64,000 nt of DNA. Origin: Bugula neritina. Its lineage: Eukaryota > Animalia > Bryozoa. The notes beneath the pieces are model-generated. The model was given only the letters and a program-made list of their open reading frames with translations. It did not search any database and was not told where the DNA came from. Below are positions 27,274-42,081 of this stretch, in pieces. Position numbers and translations under genes: made by a program. Within the stretch, counting starts at the first letter, position 1. Every line of letters starts with the position of its first letter. The stretch is from assembly GCA_964035545.1 (NCBI GenBank), contig OZ037765.1, positions 2,852,001-2,916,000 of the forward strand. The letters are read 5' to 3'.

Positions 27274-29861
27274 GGTGCTACACAAGATTTACCAGGAAAA
27301 AGTGCTGAGTATGAGACAACAAGTCCTCAGGCTACATTAGATGACCATTCTTATAAAAAACTAACTAAACAGATAAAACCAGTCTGCTATGAAAATACTC
27401 CAACAATCAAAAATTAACAAAATTTAAAACTGGTTTAATGTAGTGGCAAAACAACTTTTACTAATGATCTGAGAAAATTTCAGAAAACCAACTTCAAAAA
27501 ATCTTTTAATAATTGTGCATGTATTATCTCACTATAAGATGATGTGTTTGAATTATATGAAAAACTCACATTGCTGTGTTCATATTTTATTAACCTTTAT
27601 CTTATAGCTCTTTTCAATGATATATTCTACATTATTTCAAATTATATATCTGAGCAGCATCCTCTAATTTATAGAATTATATTATTTCCTGCTGGTTTTA
27701 TGTATGATTCATATTCATTATATTAGTTTAATGAGCTTGCATTATATTTAGTTGCTATTTTTTATTACAATATAATATTAGCTATATCTTTATTACTAAT
27801 TCAGCTATTAAACAACTTCTTATTGCATCAATATTTTTTTGAAAAATATATTCAATATATATCATTTTTAACTGCCCACGTATATTATGTTATAGTTTAA
27901 GAATGAATACAATGCGCTAATTAAATAGACAAACTTGAGATGCCATTTTTAGCAGAAGAGTTAGAAAGTCAAAGTATATAAGAGCTGATCACAGATGGAT
28001 GACAGAAAAAAGAAAACTCGATTTCAAGCTGTTACAAAAATTGATACTTGACAAGCTATAACTGACAGTAGCTTTATAACTCAAAGCCTTGATTGCTGTG
28101 CACTCGAAAACATACAGTAGTGAGCAATTTTTAATCTAAAATACATATTTACATAATGTATCTTTATTTGAAGATATTTTTAATTGTTTGCAGCTATAAA
28201 AAGTCAGCACATAAAACTTTGGAGTGCATTGTTGTAGTTTATGTTGTTTTTACCTGGATGGCCAGTTTTTTATTTGTAGGTTAGAAGATTTTTTTTATTC
28301 GGTTGAATAAGAATAACTTAAACCCACGTCAGTATTTCAGTGAGATAATAATGTTTATAGTCATGTAACTGAAACAAGCCATTATTCAAATTACGCCATA
28401 TAATATGTTACAATAAGAAATTATAGAAACTGAATAGTTTTCCAAATCATTGAAACTGTATTGTACAGTTTTTTTATAAATAGGCTCTACTATAATATTT
28501 GTGGATTTACAATTAAAAGTTTTTTGCCAAAATGATAAATACTGACTGAGCTTGCAGCAACTTCAACTTTATGCTGAACAAAAATTGTTAAGTTGATTAG
28601 GTTTAGTTTTTGACAGTAAAGGCCGATTCTAAAAAACAATAAAAACTTGCAAATAAAGAATAAAGATTTAGCAAAAAGCTGTACACTAATTTTTGACCAA
28701 ATACAAGATAATACGTTTAGGCCTAAACAATAAATATAAAAACAATTTTATTTTATTAAGCAACTTCAATTGACTATAATGAGCCTTCACAATATTGACT
28801 AGTCACCAGCAAAGATTAAATTTCAAATATTTTTCCCAAGTATAATAACTTAGTTTGTGTTGTATAAAATTGAAACACATCATAGACAGCTGCATAATTT
28901 ATACTAGGTATTTTTACATTGTAACTTATAGATAGAATGCTAGTAGCTACTAGAATAAAATAGTTAAGGTATTTAAACTAGATGAAAATTTTGATGAAAA
29001 TAACAAACAGATGCAGTAACACATAACGTTTGGGCTTCAATGAGCAACATTTTATTCTGCATATAGCAGTCCAATATTTGTTATTCTCATTCTGTTACAC
29101 TTATAGTTAGTATTTAAATATTTATTACCTCGATTCAAACCTAACTTCTATTTTCAAATATATACAAAGTAGTAAAAAAGCTATAATATAATTTACAAAT
29201 TACTAGTTGCAGCTGAGATTTGTTTGCTAATTTACAGTTGTTTACAATTGAGCTGTTATTTTAGCACGCAATGTTTATTTGAAAGTATCGAACAGTGCAC
29301 AACAGTACATGTAATGATTTTCCTTTCAACAGCTTCTTATATTTCGAAGGTAGCAAGCTACAAGAACATTTTCATAGCTCCAGTCAGATTGCAGAGGAAT
29401 TGTTTCAAAGCCCTTTAAAAATAATTCATATATAAACAACTAGTTGTTCTTATAGAGAAATGTATAAAGTAATATTTATATTTGATTTTTTGTATGGTAG
29501 AACATGTAATTTAAAATATAAAAGCAAACAATACTTAAAACTCTTTAGTGATACAAAAAATAGTGCTTATAGAATTTATCCATTTGACATATTTTCCCAT
29601 TGAACAGCTATCTAGAGATAAGATGTCTTTTTGTTGACCTGCAGGAGTCATGATTCAAACAGATCGAGATATGAGCTCACAATAAAGTTTAAATATTACT
29701 TTTGTTTATAGTCTTTCGCAGCTGTTAGTTTTATCAAATCTTCCTCATATTGTTGTGGGGTCATAAGATAAATATTTTCGAATTTGCCTTGTAATATAAC
29801 TTTATTTAGCATCACTTTACTAAACACCATCAATGTACATACAATACTTAGTAGTGTTAAC

Positions 29862-32800
29862 ATGGACAGAATACTGTACTTGTGCTTTCAATTGTGGTTT
29901 TTTCTAGTGAATGTGTCTCTCTCTGCACCAGTACAAGGTATATTAGATTATAGCATACTATAATGTAGTTGATTAGGTTTTGTCTGGTGTTGTTTAAAAT
30001 TGCTGCATGGATACCTATTGGACACATTGTACTGACACATTAATGAGTTAGTACTATCTCTGAAATCTATACATTAAAGAGATAAAATCTTACAACTCAT
30101 GTTTAATAATTGGGAAGCACTTCAACTCTTCACAGGCATGAAGTAATTTGCTAATTTCGACTAGTATTATAAAATGTCAAAGCATTATAAGATGTATTAC
30201 AATATATGCTCTGCTCTTACATTACACTACATTAGACTACAGAAATACTTGCATTTGTCTAGTCTGAATGCTGCACTAGTAGATATATGAAAGCTAAATT
30301 TTTTTTTGAATATAGTTAATAAAGCATTTGTATAGATTTTCTCAACTTCCTCCTTGCAATACAGTCATGCGACTTTTGTATTGTGAAGTCATCAAAGGCT
30401 GCCTTTTGTAACATAAAATACCAGCTAATACAACTGTTTAGCATAGCTTCACTTTACTCAACACTACCTCAGTATATGGACATTACTATAAAGTAGTGTC
30501 AACATGGACAGAATACTGTACTTGTGTTTTCACTTGTGGTTCTTTCTAGTTACTGTGTTTATCTCTACACAAGTACAAGGTATGTTAGATAGGATTTTGC
30601 AATAATCTGTGAAGTTTCTCCGCAGTATTTATATCTGACAGATCATTTGAAAACTAGATTCATTTTTTAACTTATATTTACCTGTATATAATATGTTATT
30701 TTTGAATACAAACAGAACCTGAATAGAAATTAACATAAATTTAGGTGGTACTATATATAAAGATATAATTATTTATCATTGTTAGCCATACTGAGTGATT
30801 TCCTAGTTGTATGAGCATAATTGATTTAAAGTCAAAGTTCGCATATAAAAAAATGTTTAAGACATCTTGTCCTGATATAGTAATAAAATATATCTGATAT
30901 TAATTTATATCTTAACATAAATGTAGATGAAAAATATAGTGTTGAGTTAACCCAGCACCTCCCCCCTCCCCTCCCCTCCCTGGTGGTATGTGGTTTGAAT
31001 CTGGTGGAGGCAATTTTTTACAAAAAAATATAAAATCAAAGAGTTTTGTCAATCTCAGTATTCAAATGCACAATTTCTATAATATAGAATTTTGACAAAT
31101 TAAAAAGTGATAGCAGAGCAATGTTCTTTATAAATATGCTGTTAAATAGTATATAATACTCTCTTAATAGTGATATATGATGCATAATAATAACATTTTT
31201 CAAATAGACATTCAGTCCTTTTGAATTTTAATGTTTCAGAATTGGTTTAATAAAAGAAACACACAGGCTTAGCTGCATATTAACCTAATCAAAACAAATT
31301 AAGGAGAAACCAATTGGCTACATTAATTAAATGATCTTATTAATTGTTAGTTGTAATTTCAACTTTAAAAAATAATGTGTCTCTACATAACTTTAGCACA
31401 AAAGTACATTGCTCTGTTTATGAATTTGAAGGAATGACCTGTGAATGGGAGTCAGGTCTGGGAATACTTGATCCTTATGTACGGTATGATAGTGGGCAAA
31501 CCTTATTTGTAACCGGTGAAGATGAGTGTAAAGCTCAGTGTATGCAGCAGACATCATTTATATGTGCCTCAATAAACTACAGACCTGATGATGGAGAATG
31601 TCAATTGTTAGCAGAGAATACTCAGACTGCTTATGCTGTTTACAGTAGAAGTGGTGTCCAGCATCAGTTCAGATATTCTATCAGACCAGACTGTGCCGGT
31701 AAGTGTCAACAAATTTCAAGTGGCAGATGACTGTAGCGGTTAACTGCTCTAACTGCATTATTAAAGTCTAGCTTTTCCTAGTAACTAATTAGCATTTCTT
31801 TATTTTAAGTGATTGCGTTGCCAAAAATATCAGAAGTTAAAAACCAAAATTTGGTTGGCCAGTGTAATTATTATTTGTTTGCGTGTTTTTATGTTTTGCT
31901 TATAGATCAATTAAGAAATGCTGTTATAATGCTCTATGGCGCTAAACACACAGCTCAATATAGTAATGTTCTAGCTATAGTGTTGAATATGCGCATGTAT
32001 AGCTATAAAGTACTAATTACTTATAAGAGAGCAACTTGCAATCACGCGATGCTGATAACTTTATAAACAAACTGAGACAGATAGAATGGTTGAAACGCAG
32101 TGCTTCACTTGCTGTAGTATATATTCTGTGTATACCGCTACAAATTAGGTTAATGCTTTCTATAATTTATGCGATAGAATATAGACGTTCACAAATTATT
32201 AAAATTTATTTGTTAGATAAGTGGCTATAATTGCAAACTTTTTGAAGCAGTAGACTTATAACTAGCTTTTGTAATTAACAGGAATATGGCAACCATGGAC
32301 AGCCAAACGAGGATTTTTTCTCAATACCTACAGTGGAGGAGAGAATAAATACCTCCAGACAGGAGCACCGTACCTTGGAAGTTGCATGAGTTTCTGTTTG
32401 CAGGATGACAATAATAACTATACCTGTAGTTCTATAGTGAAGTCAATCAGTTCTAGTATTTGCGACCTTATTGATAAAAGATCAGACGATGCAGGACTAA
32501 CCCTAGAACTTTCTATTGAACTTCAGTCTTTTGACTTACCTCTTTGGTATTCAGGTATGTCAGAAATTTTCTAATGATTATACAATGCTGCATTTAATTT
32601 TCCATTTTTGTAGGTGGCTTGAAAATAATTTTTAAAAGTTGGTAATTTCATTTTATTCCAGCAACTGCATAATTATTATGAACACATTTTTTAGTGTTTT
32701 TTGAAAGTGTGTAATAATGACATTTTACTAATGATCACATTTAGAATAAAAAGAAAGATATAGTTATATTGCAAATAGAACATATCGCAGTAACTTGTGG

Positions 32801-35800
32801 GTTATTGATGCAATCAGGCAGAGAACATTAGTCCTTGTAAGAGAAGAGATAATAGAGGGAAGTTTGGAAGGAGGAAGTTTGGGTGCACTTTTTGGCATGG
32901 GGGGGGGCAGCCCTGGAGTTGGTTGAGCTGGTGGTCCAGGCGAAGGGGAAGGTTCAGGTGCCCTGTGCGGTTTGACTGGGTCACGGACGAGGATCTCTCA
33001 CTCTCAGGGTCGAGCCACCCGTCCTCTGAAGATAGGTTGGCGAGTTTGCTTCAGCAGGGGAGGTGCCTGCCCCGCAGCGTCGGGGCTGCCCTGATAGGGT
33101 TTCAACCGCTGCTCGTTTTAAACCGAAACCTGTCCTGAGCGTTTCACACAGTACGCGTGAATGGGCAAAACTTTTATGACACAGTAAGGCCCCATGAACT
33201 TTGGCTGAAGTTTTGCTGACTGTCCGCGCTGCCTGCAGTAGCTCACCATTTATACCCAGTCTCCTACTTGATACAAGGGGGGCTCCTCGGAATCCTCCAT
33301 TCTTGTCTGCCACTGCTTTTCTCGCAGTGCCTTGTGGAGTTCTTCCTTGTTCTCTATGAGCTTTCCAAAATACTCATGTACAGGAAACTCAGGTGCAAGA
33401 ACATAGTAGATTAGGTGTGCTGTGTGCTGCGGTGGGCCCGCATGATTTGAGGAAGCACCACGTCCCATTCCTCCTAACCCCGGCCTAGGAGCAGGCTTCA
33501 GAAGGCATCCCCTAACATCCGATTGTTCCTCTCTGCAACTCCATTTCCTTGCGGGTGATATGGGGTAGTCCGGCTCTGGTTCATTCCCAATATCCAGCAG
33601 AGGTCTCCCATTAGCTGGTCAGTGTGGATCTGTTTGGGAAGTCCGAAGTAGCAGAACACTCGCTGATCCAGGACTCGGGCCACGGCGGCAGCTGATGCAT
33701 CTGGTATAGCCAGAGCGTCAGCCCATCGAGTGAAGTGGTCCGTAAGCACCAGTATCCAGGTATTTTCTCTAATCATAACAACATAGGTCCGACTAGGTCC
33801 ACCGCCACTATCTGCCACAGCCAACCAGCATACAGCCGGTATCGACTTGTGGTCTCCGTAAGGCGGCCATGTTTTCTAGCATGACAGACCTCAAACTGCC
33901 GTATCTGCAGTCGTTTGTCCTGAGTCAGTCTGGGCCAGTACCAGCACAGCCATAGACACTTGATGACTTGACTGGCCCCAGCATGGGCCTGTTTGTTGGT
34001 TTTCCAAATCAGTTCCCGCCGGAAGGCACATGGACATACGACGTCTTCCCTTTCTCGGCGGTTGTCTGACGCAAGTGTTATGGTGAGGAGACCACCCTGG
34101 CTGACTTTGAGGAAATCCCAGCGGCTACAGAGAAGTTAGTACTCAACATCCCTTTGTCACTGCTGTTCCTCGGTAGATTGGCGGTTCTCCATTTTGGCCC
34201 GGAAGATGTCAGCTACTGCCCCTGGAAGTGTCTGTTGGAGCCGGCTCAGCTTCTTGATGTTTTGATACAGCGGGGTTGGTCCGTAGGGAATTGATGGTAT
34301 CCGGTGGGCGTTCGGACCAAAGATGCCCGCGTTCCTAATTATGGACGTCGTCATCTCCTAACTGCTTCTCTACGTCAAGGCGGGCGGGTCCTCCATCTTG
34401 TCTCTCGATATGCAGACCCTGCTTGCCTTTCTCCTCCGGCCATCGACTCATCCCGTCGGCGTTCCCATGCTCCTTTACAACACGATGCTCAATCTTATAG
34501 GAGAACTCAGCAAGAATCTCAGGCCATTGGGCCACCTGGCTCGAAGGCTCTGCACGTTTATACAGCTATATCAGAGATGCATGGTCTGTTCGCAACCTGA
34601 ACGCTCTCCCATACAGATATGGGCAAAAGTGCTTGACTGCTTTGACTACTGCCAAGAGATTCTTCCTGGTGATGCAGTAGCTCTTCTCGGCGGTCAAAAG
34701 AGTCTTGCTATAATAAGTGACCGCCACCTCAGTCTCACCCTGAACCTGTGACAGGACAGCTCTCACACTGTGGTCACTGGCGTCGGTGTCCAGGATGTAC
34801 TCCTTGGCTGGCTCAGAGCACGCCAGGGTAGGCGCCGCTATCAGCCTAGTATTGAGGTGGTAAAATGCCTGCTGCTCCTCCTGTGTCCACTGCCACTGAA
34901 CCCTTTTAGCTGTTAGCCAATTCAAAGGCTGTGCAACTCCCGCAAACCCGGAGATATAATACTGCTGGTAGTACCCCACCAGGCCCAGGAATGCCCGCAA
35001 CTCAGGGTGGTCACGGGGACAGCCCACTCTTCCACGGACTGCACCTTCTCCGCATCGGTAGCAAAGTCGTCTTGGCTAATCACATGACCCAGGTACTTAA
35101 CCTCCGGCTGCAAGAGTGTACACTTGGAGGGCTTCAGCTTCAATCCGCCAGCCTGAAGACAACTGACAAGAGTTGCAAATCTGGGAAGATAACTATGACA
35201 TCATCCAGATAGATGAGCAAGGTCTTCCAGTGCGATCCACTGAGAACCTGCTCCATGAGTCGCTGGAAAATTGTCTGAGTGAACGTTAGTCCAAATGGTA
35301 GAACCTTCCCTTTTTAGAGCCCGTCGAGAATAAGGAATGCTGCCTTGTCATGTGCATCAGGACTGAAGAGAACATGTCAGTGCCCACTTGACAGATTCAA
35401 AGTACTAAAGTACTTGCTCCCTGCGAGGCCATTTAGAGAATAGTCTATCCGGGGGTGAGGGTAAGCATCCCGGATGGTAACACTGTTGAATTTGCGATAG
35501 TCCACGCAGAACTTGCAACTACCATCTTTCTTTTTGACCAGGATCATTGGGGAGCTCCACGCACCGTAGACAGGGTCGATCAGGTCCCAATCAAGAAGAT
35601 CCTGCACTTGTCTGCTTACTTCCTTCTCCTTCTCCAGACCTAGCCGCTGAATGGGCTGCCTGATGGGAGTTGTCCCGGCTGCCAATGGTATCTCAAGACA
35701 CACCACCTTGGTCAGCCCCATGTCTTTATCCCCATAACTGAAGACATCACTGTAATCCACCAGTAGTGAAGCCAGGTCAGCCAATTACTCCGATACCGCT

Positions 35801-38800
35801 GCCTGGCCAGGATGAGGGGGGACTCCCTGTCACTGTGGAGCCACTGTCTCTAGTGCCGGCCCCACGTCCGCATCCTGGATGGAGTGGTACTTCCCCACCA
35901 GGGCGCCAGCCAGTAGTTTGACCAGCTCTGTGAAAGGGTTGATGCATTGCACGATGAGCTCTCCCTGGCAGTTTAGCCAACTTATGCTGTTTGCCAATTG
36001 AATCCTCTCCAGCACTCCTTCCACCAGTCCCAGTCCAGCTATCCTCTCGCAGTTAACCTTGCAGCGTAGGGTAGCCTGGAACCGTCCGGGTACCGTGCAG
36101 TCCTGAACTACCTAGACTCGGCCCACTAGGGATCTGCCAAACTTGTCAACACAGACAAGTTCTTTTCCAGCCATCACCAGCAAGAATTCTGGAAGTCCAT
36201 GCGGCGCTGGTGTTTCTCCAGAAACGGTGTGCCCAGAATGGCGTCCTCCGTCAGATGGCTGATGATGAAAGTCTCATGAATCACCTAATCACAAACTCGT
36301 CCAGGTAGAGTGAGAACGCCGTAGAAGGGAATCCAATGGGAAGGTGGTAAGAAATAGCTGCTTCCGTATGGCTGGAAACTTTTCAGTGAGTCGGCCTCTG
36401 TAGCAGACACTGCTTGGGTCACCACGGAGGGTCGCCTCCTGGTCTTATTGACCACGGAGGTTTTTAGAGGTCTAGAAAGTAGCTTAGGGAACTCTTGTGA
36501 GTAAGCCTTATTTTCTTTTATGACCTCGTTGGTTAACCCCGCAAACCGGTGGCCTAGCTGGAGTTTAGGAAAACCTTGCAGTCTCCAAGATCTCTGAGGT
36601 GCCTGCTACTCTGCGTCAGTGGGCTCCCTCTGAGTACTTCTCGGCACGACAGGAGGTCTAGATGGGCCCCTGGGTCCCTTAGGTCGAGGAATCGGCCGTC
36701 CAGTATCAGCCGGCCCATTCGTCATCCTCCCCGGTGCGGCCTCTGTTTCTTCCAGAATGGAGCCTGACCCAGGCTCACAGTTGGCAGAATCTACCGTGAG
36801 CCTCTGGAGTTTAAAGGCATCTTCCCCTTTTGTAGACGTTGCCGGCATACATGGCCCAAGGCGCCACACCTCCAGCAAGTGGGTTGGGTAGGCCTAGCAG
36901 GCTTGCCCCAAACATTGGGTGTCCGCCTGTCATCCTGTTGCTGTTGCAACCTCACTACCTCTATTTGCAGGCTCCTCACTATGTCTAACAACATGGTGAA
37001 CTGCGGGGAAGTCAGTGCAGGGTTAGCAATGTCGGCTACTTGGGCCTCTTTTTTGGGTGTCTCCTCCACTTGACCTGCTGTAAAGTCTGCTCCGTGGGAG
37101 CATCTACTTGATAGTAAGACCGTCTCATCTCCAGAGCCTCTTATATAGTGGAGATCTTGGCGGCCAGGTAGTACCTCTAGAGTCTGCCATCATTCACGGT
37201 CATCTTGCCGTTCTTTGTATAGGTTCGGCTGAATGCTATTAATGCCAGCTTTTCTATGGCATTAGCATGGTCTTGTAGAGAGGTCCATTTGTCTCTCTTC
37301 ATACTCTGGAGTTTGTCCTTAGCATCTCTGGCAGTCACACCAAACCGTGCTCGGAGTGCCTGAAAGATGTACTGGACATCGTCTGCGAGCGCATAGCTCT
37401 TAGCTGGTCCGGTCAGACAGGACGTTAGCTGTAGAAGGCGTATCGGTGCCGGCCACTTGGCGGTGGTAGCAACGTCTTCAAATTCCTTGATAAGTTGAAA
37501 TTTTACCGATAATTTTGAAATTTAGGGATTAAAGGTTAAAGCAAATAGCTGGCAATTGGTAGCTATTCATCTAATCAGATTTAATGGCTATAATTATTCA
37601 ACAATTACCCAGCTGTGCCATCATCATCACTTACAAAAAACTGGAAATTTAAAGTAAGCGCTTTTGTTTATATACGTAAAAAAACCGTATAAATGGTCCA
37701 TTGATCTGTGGATAGTGTCGCATGAAAAGACATATATGGTCTATTGATTGAGTAAAGGTTAAACTCAACAGAATAAAGTTAAAATTGATGCCTAAAATTT
37801 TTTTAAAATTTACAAATAATTATAGACTTGAATGTTCACCAATTATTCTAAAAGCACTAATTTTTGTTGTTTTAGAAAAATAAATTGAAAATAATGTACA
37901 GGCTATGATATTTGTAATAGCTTCTTTTTATTAAATTTGACAAACTTCTAATTTTATAGACAGTTCTCTAAGCACAACGAACTCAACACTTGAATATTAT
38001 GGATCGGGTGGAAGTGACTTTATGTTACTCTTCAACTACAAGATAGAAGCAGATGGATATTTAGTTGGCTGGAAGTATACGATTGGTCGTTCTATAACTG
38101 ACTACTGTGACTCATATGCTGCTATCTGGAGACAGACAGGAGAAGGTAACTCTGCTGTATTCAATTTGATTACAGAAACTCTGCTCACACCTAACGTTGT
38201 ATCTACAGGAGAGATCAGATTCCAGTTTGTACAGAACTCTACAGAAGTAGTTAGAAAAGGAGACTTTCTTGCTCTGTATGTAGAGGACTTGAGTAATTCT
38301 AGTTGTGAAGGCAACCTCGTCTCATTTAGACCAAATTTCCGAGAAGACCCTTCAGCTTATGTACGTAGAAGTAACCCTAACAGAGACAGAGTAGACAGAC
38401 TCACAGCTTCAGATGTTGGCACAGAAAATAGAGGAGTAGCACTGAGAGCTTACATAGCAGGTAAGTTTCGTTTAACAAAAGGTTTAACACTCTATAAAAT
38501 GTATTCAATAGCTATACAAAGAAATTTATTATATTACTACTCAATTGTGCAGCAATGTTGTTGTCTATTATATAATGCATGTACAATATTTAATGCTATA
38601 AAACTATGGCTTTACAAAAATTCTTTATTCCTTGCAAAATGCCACAACAGCTAAGCTCAACCATATCAAGGTAATGCTGGGAAGATTTGTAAATTGTACA
38701 ATATTATATAATATATATCAGAGTTTAATGGGAAGCTCACAATAGATATAAACTGACATCTTAACTCCAAGCTGAGCCTTTTATAAATGAAAGAGCATAA

Positions 38801-41397
38801 TTTGCTGTTGTAGTTTTCGCAAGGTGGTGTATGTTACAGGAGCTTTTTGGTCAAAGCTTTTAGTGAAATACTTTTGATGAAAGCTTTTTTGTGAAAGCCT
38901 TTGGCAATAGCTTTTTGACTGTTAACTTTTTTGTTGTGTTATAAGCTAGTGTAGCTTAAGAACTGAAAAAAGAAAGTTGATTGTACTCATTTCTTTATTA
39001 GTTTTTCTTTGGTTAGAAAATGCAAATGACTTACACTTTATTGCCAAAATAATTGAACACAGTATTGTATGAAAATAAGCAATAAGCAATAAATTGAGTC
39101 GTCATCATGCATCTGGGCATTCACGCCATTCAGCATCTATGCTGTCACAGTGTACTATATGCAAAATTCCTGGTAATTTTCTGCCAATAAATTTTCAGTT
39201 TAGCAAAAGCCTGATTGTATTGGTTTCATTTTCATATATCAATTAATCTGCATGCATTTCTTTTACTTTGGCAGAGAATTTAAAACTTACTGGCAATCCA
39301 TTATTTTCTCACACAAATGTGTCAAAAGGGCAGATTAAAATTACATGGGAATTTCCAGTTACTACACCCAACCAGGAGCGCGCAACTACCCATTTTAAAA
39401 TAGAATGTTCAGACAACTCCAACTTCAACACAATAATAAGCTCCAAATTAGTTTCTATAGACTACAGAGAGACTGTGATTAGTAATCTGAATATACAACA
39501 ACCTCACTATGCTAGAGTATCTACTGTGAGGAATTATAATGGCGAAGAGTTAATACAAGATGTCTATACAATCAACTCTTTTTTCTGTGCAGGTGCAGTT
39601 TTATAACTCTTACATTGTAGTTTTGCTGATATTATTTTTAATAAAAATATATTTTATGATAAATTTTAAAAGTATAATAAACTGATGTATTTTTCAGCTT
39701 TACCAACAAAGCCTAATTTTTTTTGTTTCAGAAAGAGGCAGAGGGTCATCAACTAATGTTATCATAACAGAAATTGAGGGTCTACAACCAGAAAAAGTAA
39801 TAATTACTGTATCCATCCCTTCATTGGTAAGTTTTTTCAAGTGTTTATGAAGCATTGGATTTATTACACTAATTTAATTTCTATATCAACTTTGCTAATA
39901 ACTCAACTAACAAACATTTCTGTCATGCAGCAGTTGCAATAAATACTGAATGTCCTTTTCCACATATAGCAAATTAAAGTTAAGATGATTATATTACTTG
40001 TGTATAAATGTGCAAATATTGATTACCATGATTAAAACTGATAGTTGTGTTTAATGAGCTACATTGAAAAGTAACTTATAGTCTGTAATTTACTGTATAA
40101 TAGGAAACTGATGACTGTGTATCCAGTGTTACATTAACTCATGGAAGTGAGCAATTATCCAGTCAGAGAAAAACAGGACCATGGACTTTCACTGAACAGC
40201 AAGGCGTGACCTTTGAACTGACTATTAAAGTAGAACTGCAAGATGGATATGAGAATATAATATGGCAGCAAGAATACACAACTAGTAAGACAACTTATAA
40301 ATCTAAGAAAGTTATATGAGCTGTTGAAAATAAATTCACATGGTAAAATAGTAAAACTCACTAATCTCAACGTTGGTTAAAAGTAATAGCCATTTGATTC
40401 TGACCTCATCAAGTTTTGAAATTATAAAAATCAATTACTTTTATCTTGTACAAGACTCAATGATAGTGTTATAAGCATTCATACAAAGTATTATTATAGG
40501 TCCAATGGCAGCATGATACTTCAACTCTGCATCTCTGCAGCTTGTTCATAAAAAACAGAAAGTTTGATTGTAGATCTTGCTTACATTTATTAGCAGATTT
40601 TTGCAATTTCTAAAAAATCAATAAAATAAAAGTCTCTTAAAACAAAAAAACATTTTTTGCAGTTTTTCAAGATATCAGATGTTCTCAACCTCCATCTGTA
40701 GCCAATACTGAAACCCATGGTCTAGAAAAAGAATTCCATATCAACTCCACAGTGTCATACTATTGCCAAGGTTATGGTCCTATTGTCATCACATGTGAAC
40801 TGGTAGATGGTAAAGGAGAATGGTCTGACAATCCTCCTATCTGTGAGCTACCAATTCAATGTAGGTGTCAGTAATTTATCTGTTGTAATAAAAAATAAAA
40901 TATTAGCAAAATAATAAAACTTCTTAAAAATATCTTGATTTAATTGCATCAGCAAAAATGAAACTACATTATTTAATAAAAAATATTACTTTCATCTTGA
41001 AAAACTTCAATTTTATCTTCACTGAATGTGTGTGCTGCAGTGCCATCTGTTTTGCATTTTAGCAGCAAACTGGGTGGTTGGAGTAGCAGTTGGTGGTCCA
41101 ATGGGTTTCATCATCATTCTACTAGTAGTCATTCTTATTGTGGTGTTGGTGAGAAGATCTTCTGGTACGAAGTCTGGAGAGAACAGAGCACAGCCTACTC
41201 CTGAATATGAAGAAATGGGACTTGCGCCTACTACTTCTGATAATCAGGGTGCCACAGGAAATGTACCAGTACAAAGTGCTGAGTATGAGACAACAAGTCC
41301 TCAGGCTACATTAGATGACCATGCCTATGAGAAAGTAACTAAACAGATAGAACCAGTCTGCTATGAAAATACTTCAACAGTCAGTGACAATGTTTAA
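29862..41397 (+). CDS. Receptor copy D, complete (~747 aa): SP-PAN-PAN-beta domain-FN3-like-beta domain-Sushi/CCP-TM-Tyr tail
   Basis: Exons 29862-29937 (or alternative 30504-30579), 31432-31698, 32282-32554, 37960-38460, 39275-39592, 39732-39826, 40104-40284, 40663-40860, 41063-41397; sum 2244 nt, in frame. Confidence 0.82.
30504..30579 (+). CDS. Duplicated alternative signal-peptide exon of copy D
   Basis: ATG...CAAG|GTATGT encoding MDRILYLCFHLWFFLVTVFISTQVQG; same length and phase as 29862-29937. Confidence 0.7.
32860..37498 (-). mobile_element. Degenerate Ty3/Gypsy internal region in a copy D intron (no LTRs seen)
   Basis: Minus-strand fragments of gag (QLIKEFEDVA..KWP; CWRCGALGHVCRQR), RT, RNase H and integrase (TPYHPQGNG), homologous to the 56-63 kb element, with many frameshifts. 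Confidence 0.9.
38832..39149. mobile_element. Probable solo LTR (318 bp), same family as 8246-8736
   Basis: TGTTACAG...CTGTCACA termini and 5-bp TSD GTGTA (38827-38831, 39150-39154); both ends align to the reverse complement of 8246-8736. Confidence 0.75.
40663..40860 (+). CDS. Sushi/CCP domain exon unique to copy D
   Basis: Phase 1-1 exon: CSQPPSVAN...EFHINSTVSYYCQGYGPIVITCELVDGKGEWSDNPPIC (4 Cys, conserved Trp). Not in the supplied ORF track. Confidence 0.8.
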
Positions 41398-42081
41398 TTA
41401 AGCTAATATATGCAGTTATAAACAACCATAATAATTTATCTCCTAAAATTTTAGGATTTATGTTAAATTAAAAAAAATTGATGTGCATAATTATGGTGAT
41501 GTAAGCATTTGAAAATGCATTGAAAAAATTATAATTTGATATTTTTTTGTTTTGCTGATATACAAAAACTTAAATACATTCTTCAAGGTTTTGAAATGAT
41601 GCACTCATATAAGATATTATTTTTTCCTAGAAATATTTGCATCTAAGCTTCAACCACTCTATAAAAGTGATTGTAATTTTTCTGTAATTTGCAATTTATT
41701 CTATTGCCTTTTTAATTAGTGTCGTTTGATTTTAAATTTTTATAGTTGCCAAATGTTGTTTTATAACAACAAGTTTTTAGGCTGTGTTATGACTCCTATA
41801 TAAAGTTGCTTGTTCGCGTGGAAACAGTTTTAAATTAGATTTACTACAAACTTTTGGTATGCTTACATTTTTTTTTGCAAAAAATAGTACTTTATAATAC
41901 AAAAGACTTCTAACATTCACCATAATGAAACTATAAATTATGCAATATTAGTGTTTTATATTATATAAAATAAATGTGTTAGTGTTAACTGTATATGACT
42001 TATTGCTAAAAGAATGTACTTCGGCAAAATTAAAGCTGAGATATACAAATTAATTTTAATTGAAACATGCTTTAGCAATAA

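Noticed and set aside
32923-33138. Plus-strand ORF, and other antisense ORFs within the three Gypsy elements
   Set aside because: Shadow ORFs of GC-rich pol sequence; the opposite strand explains the region.
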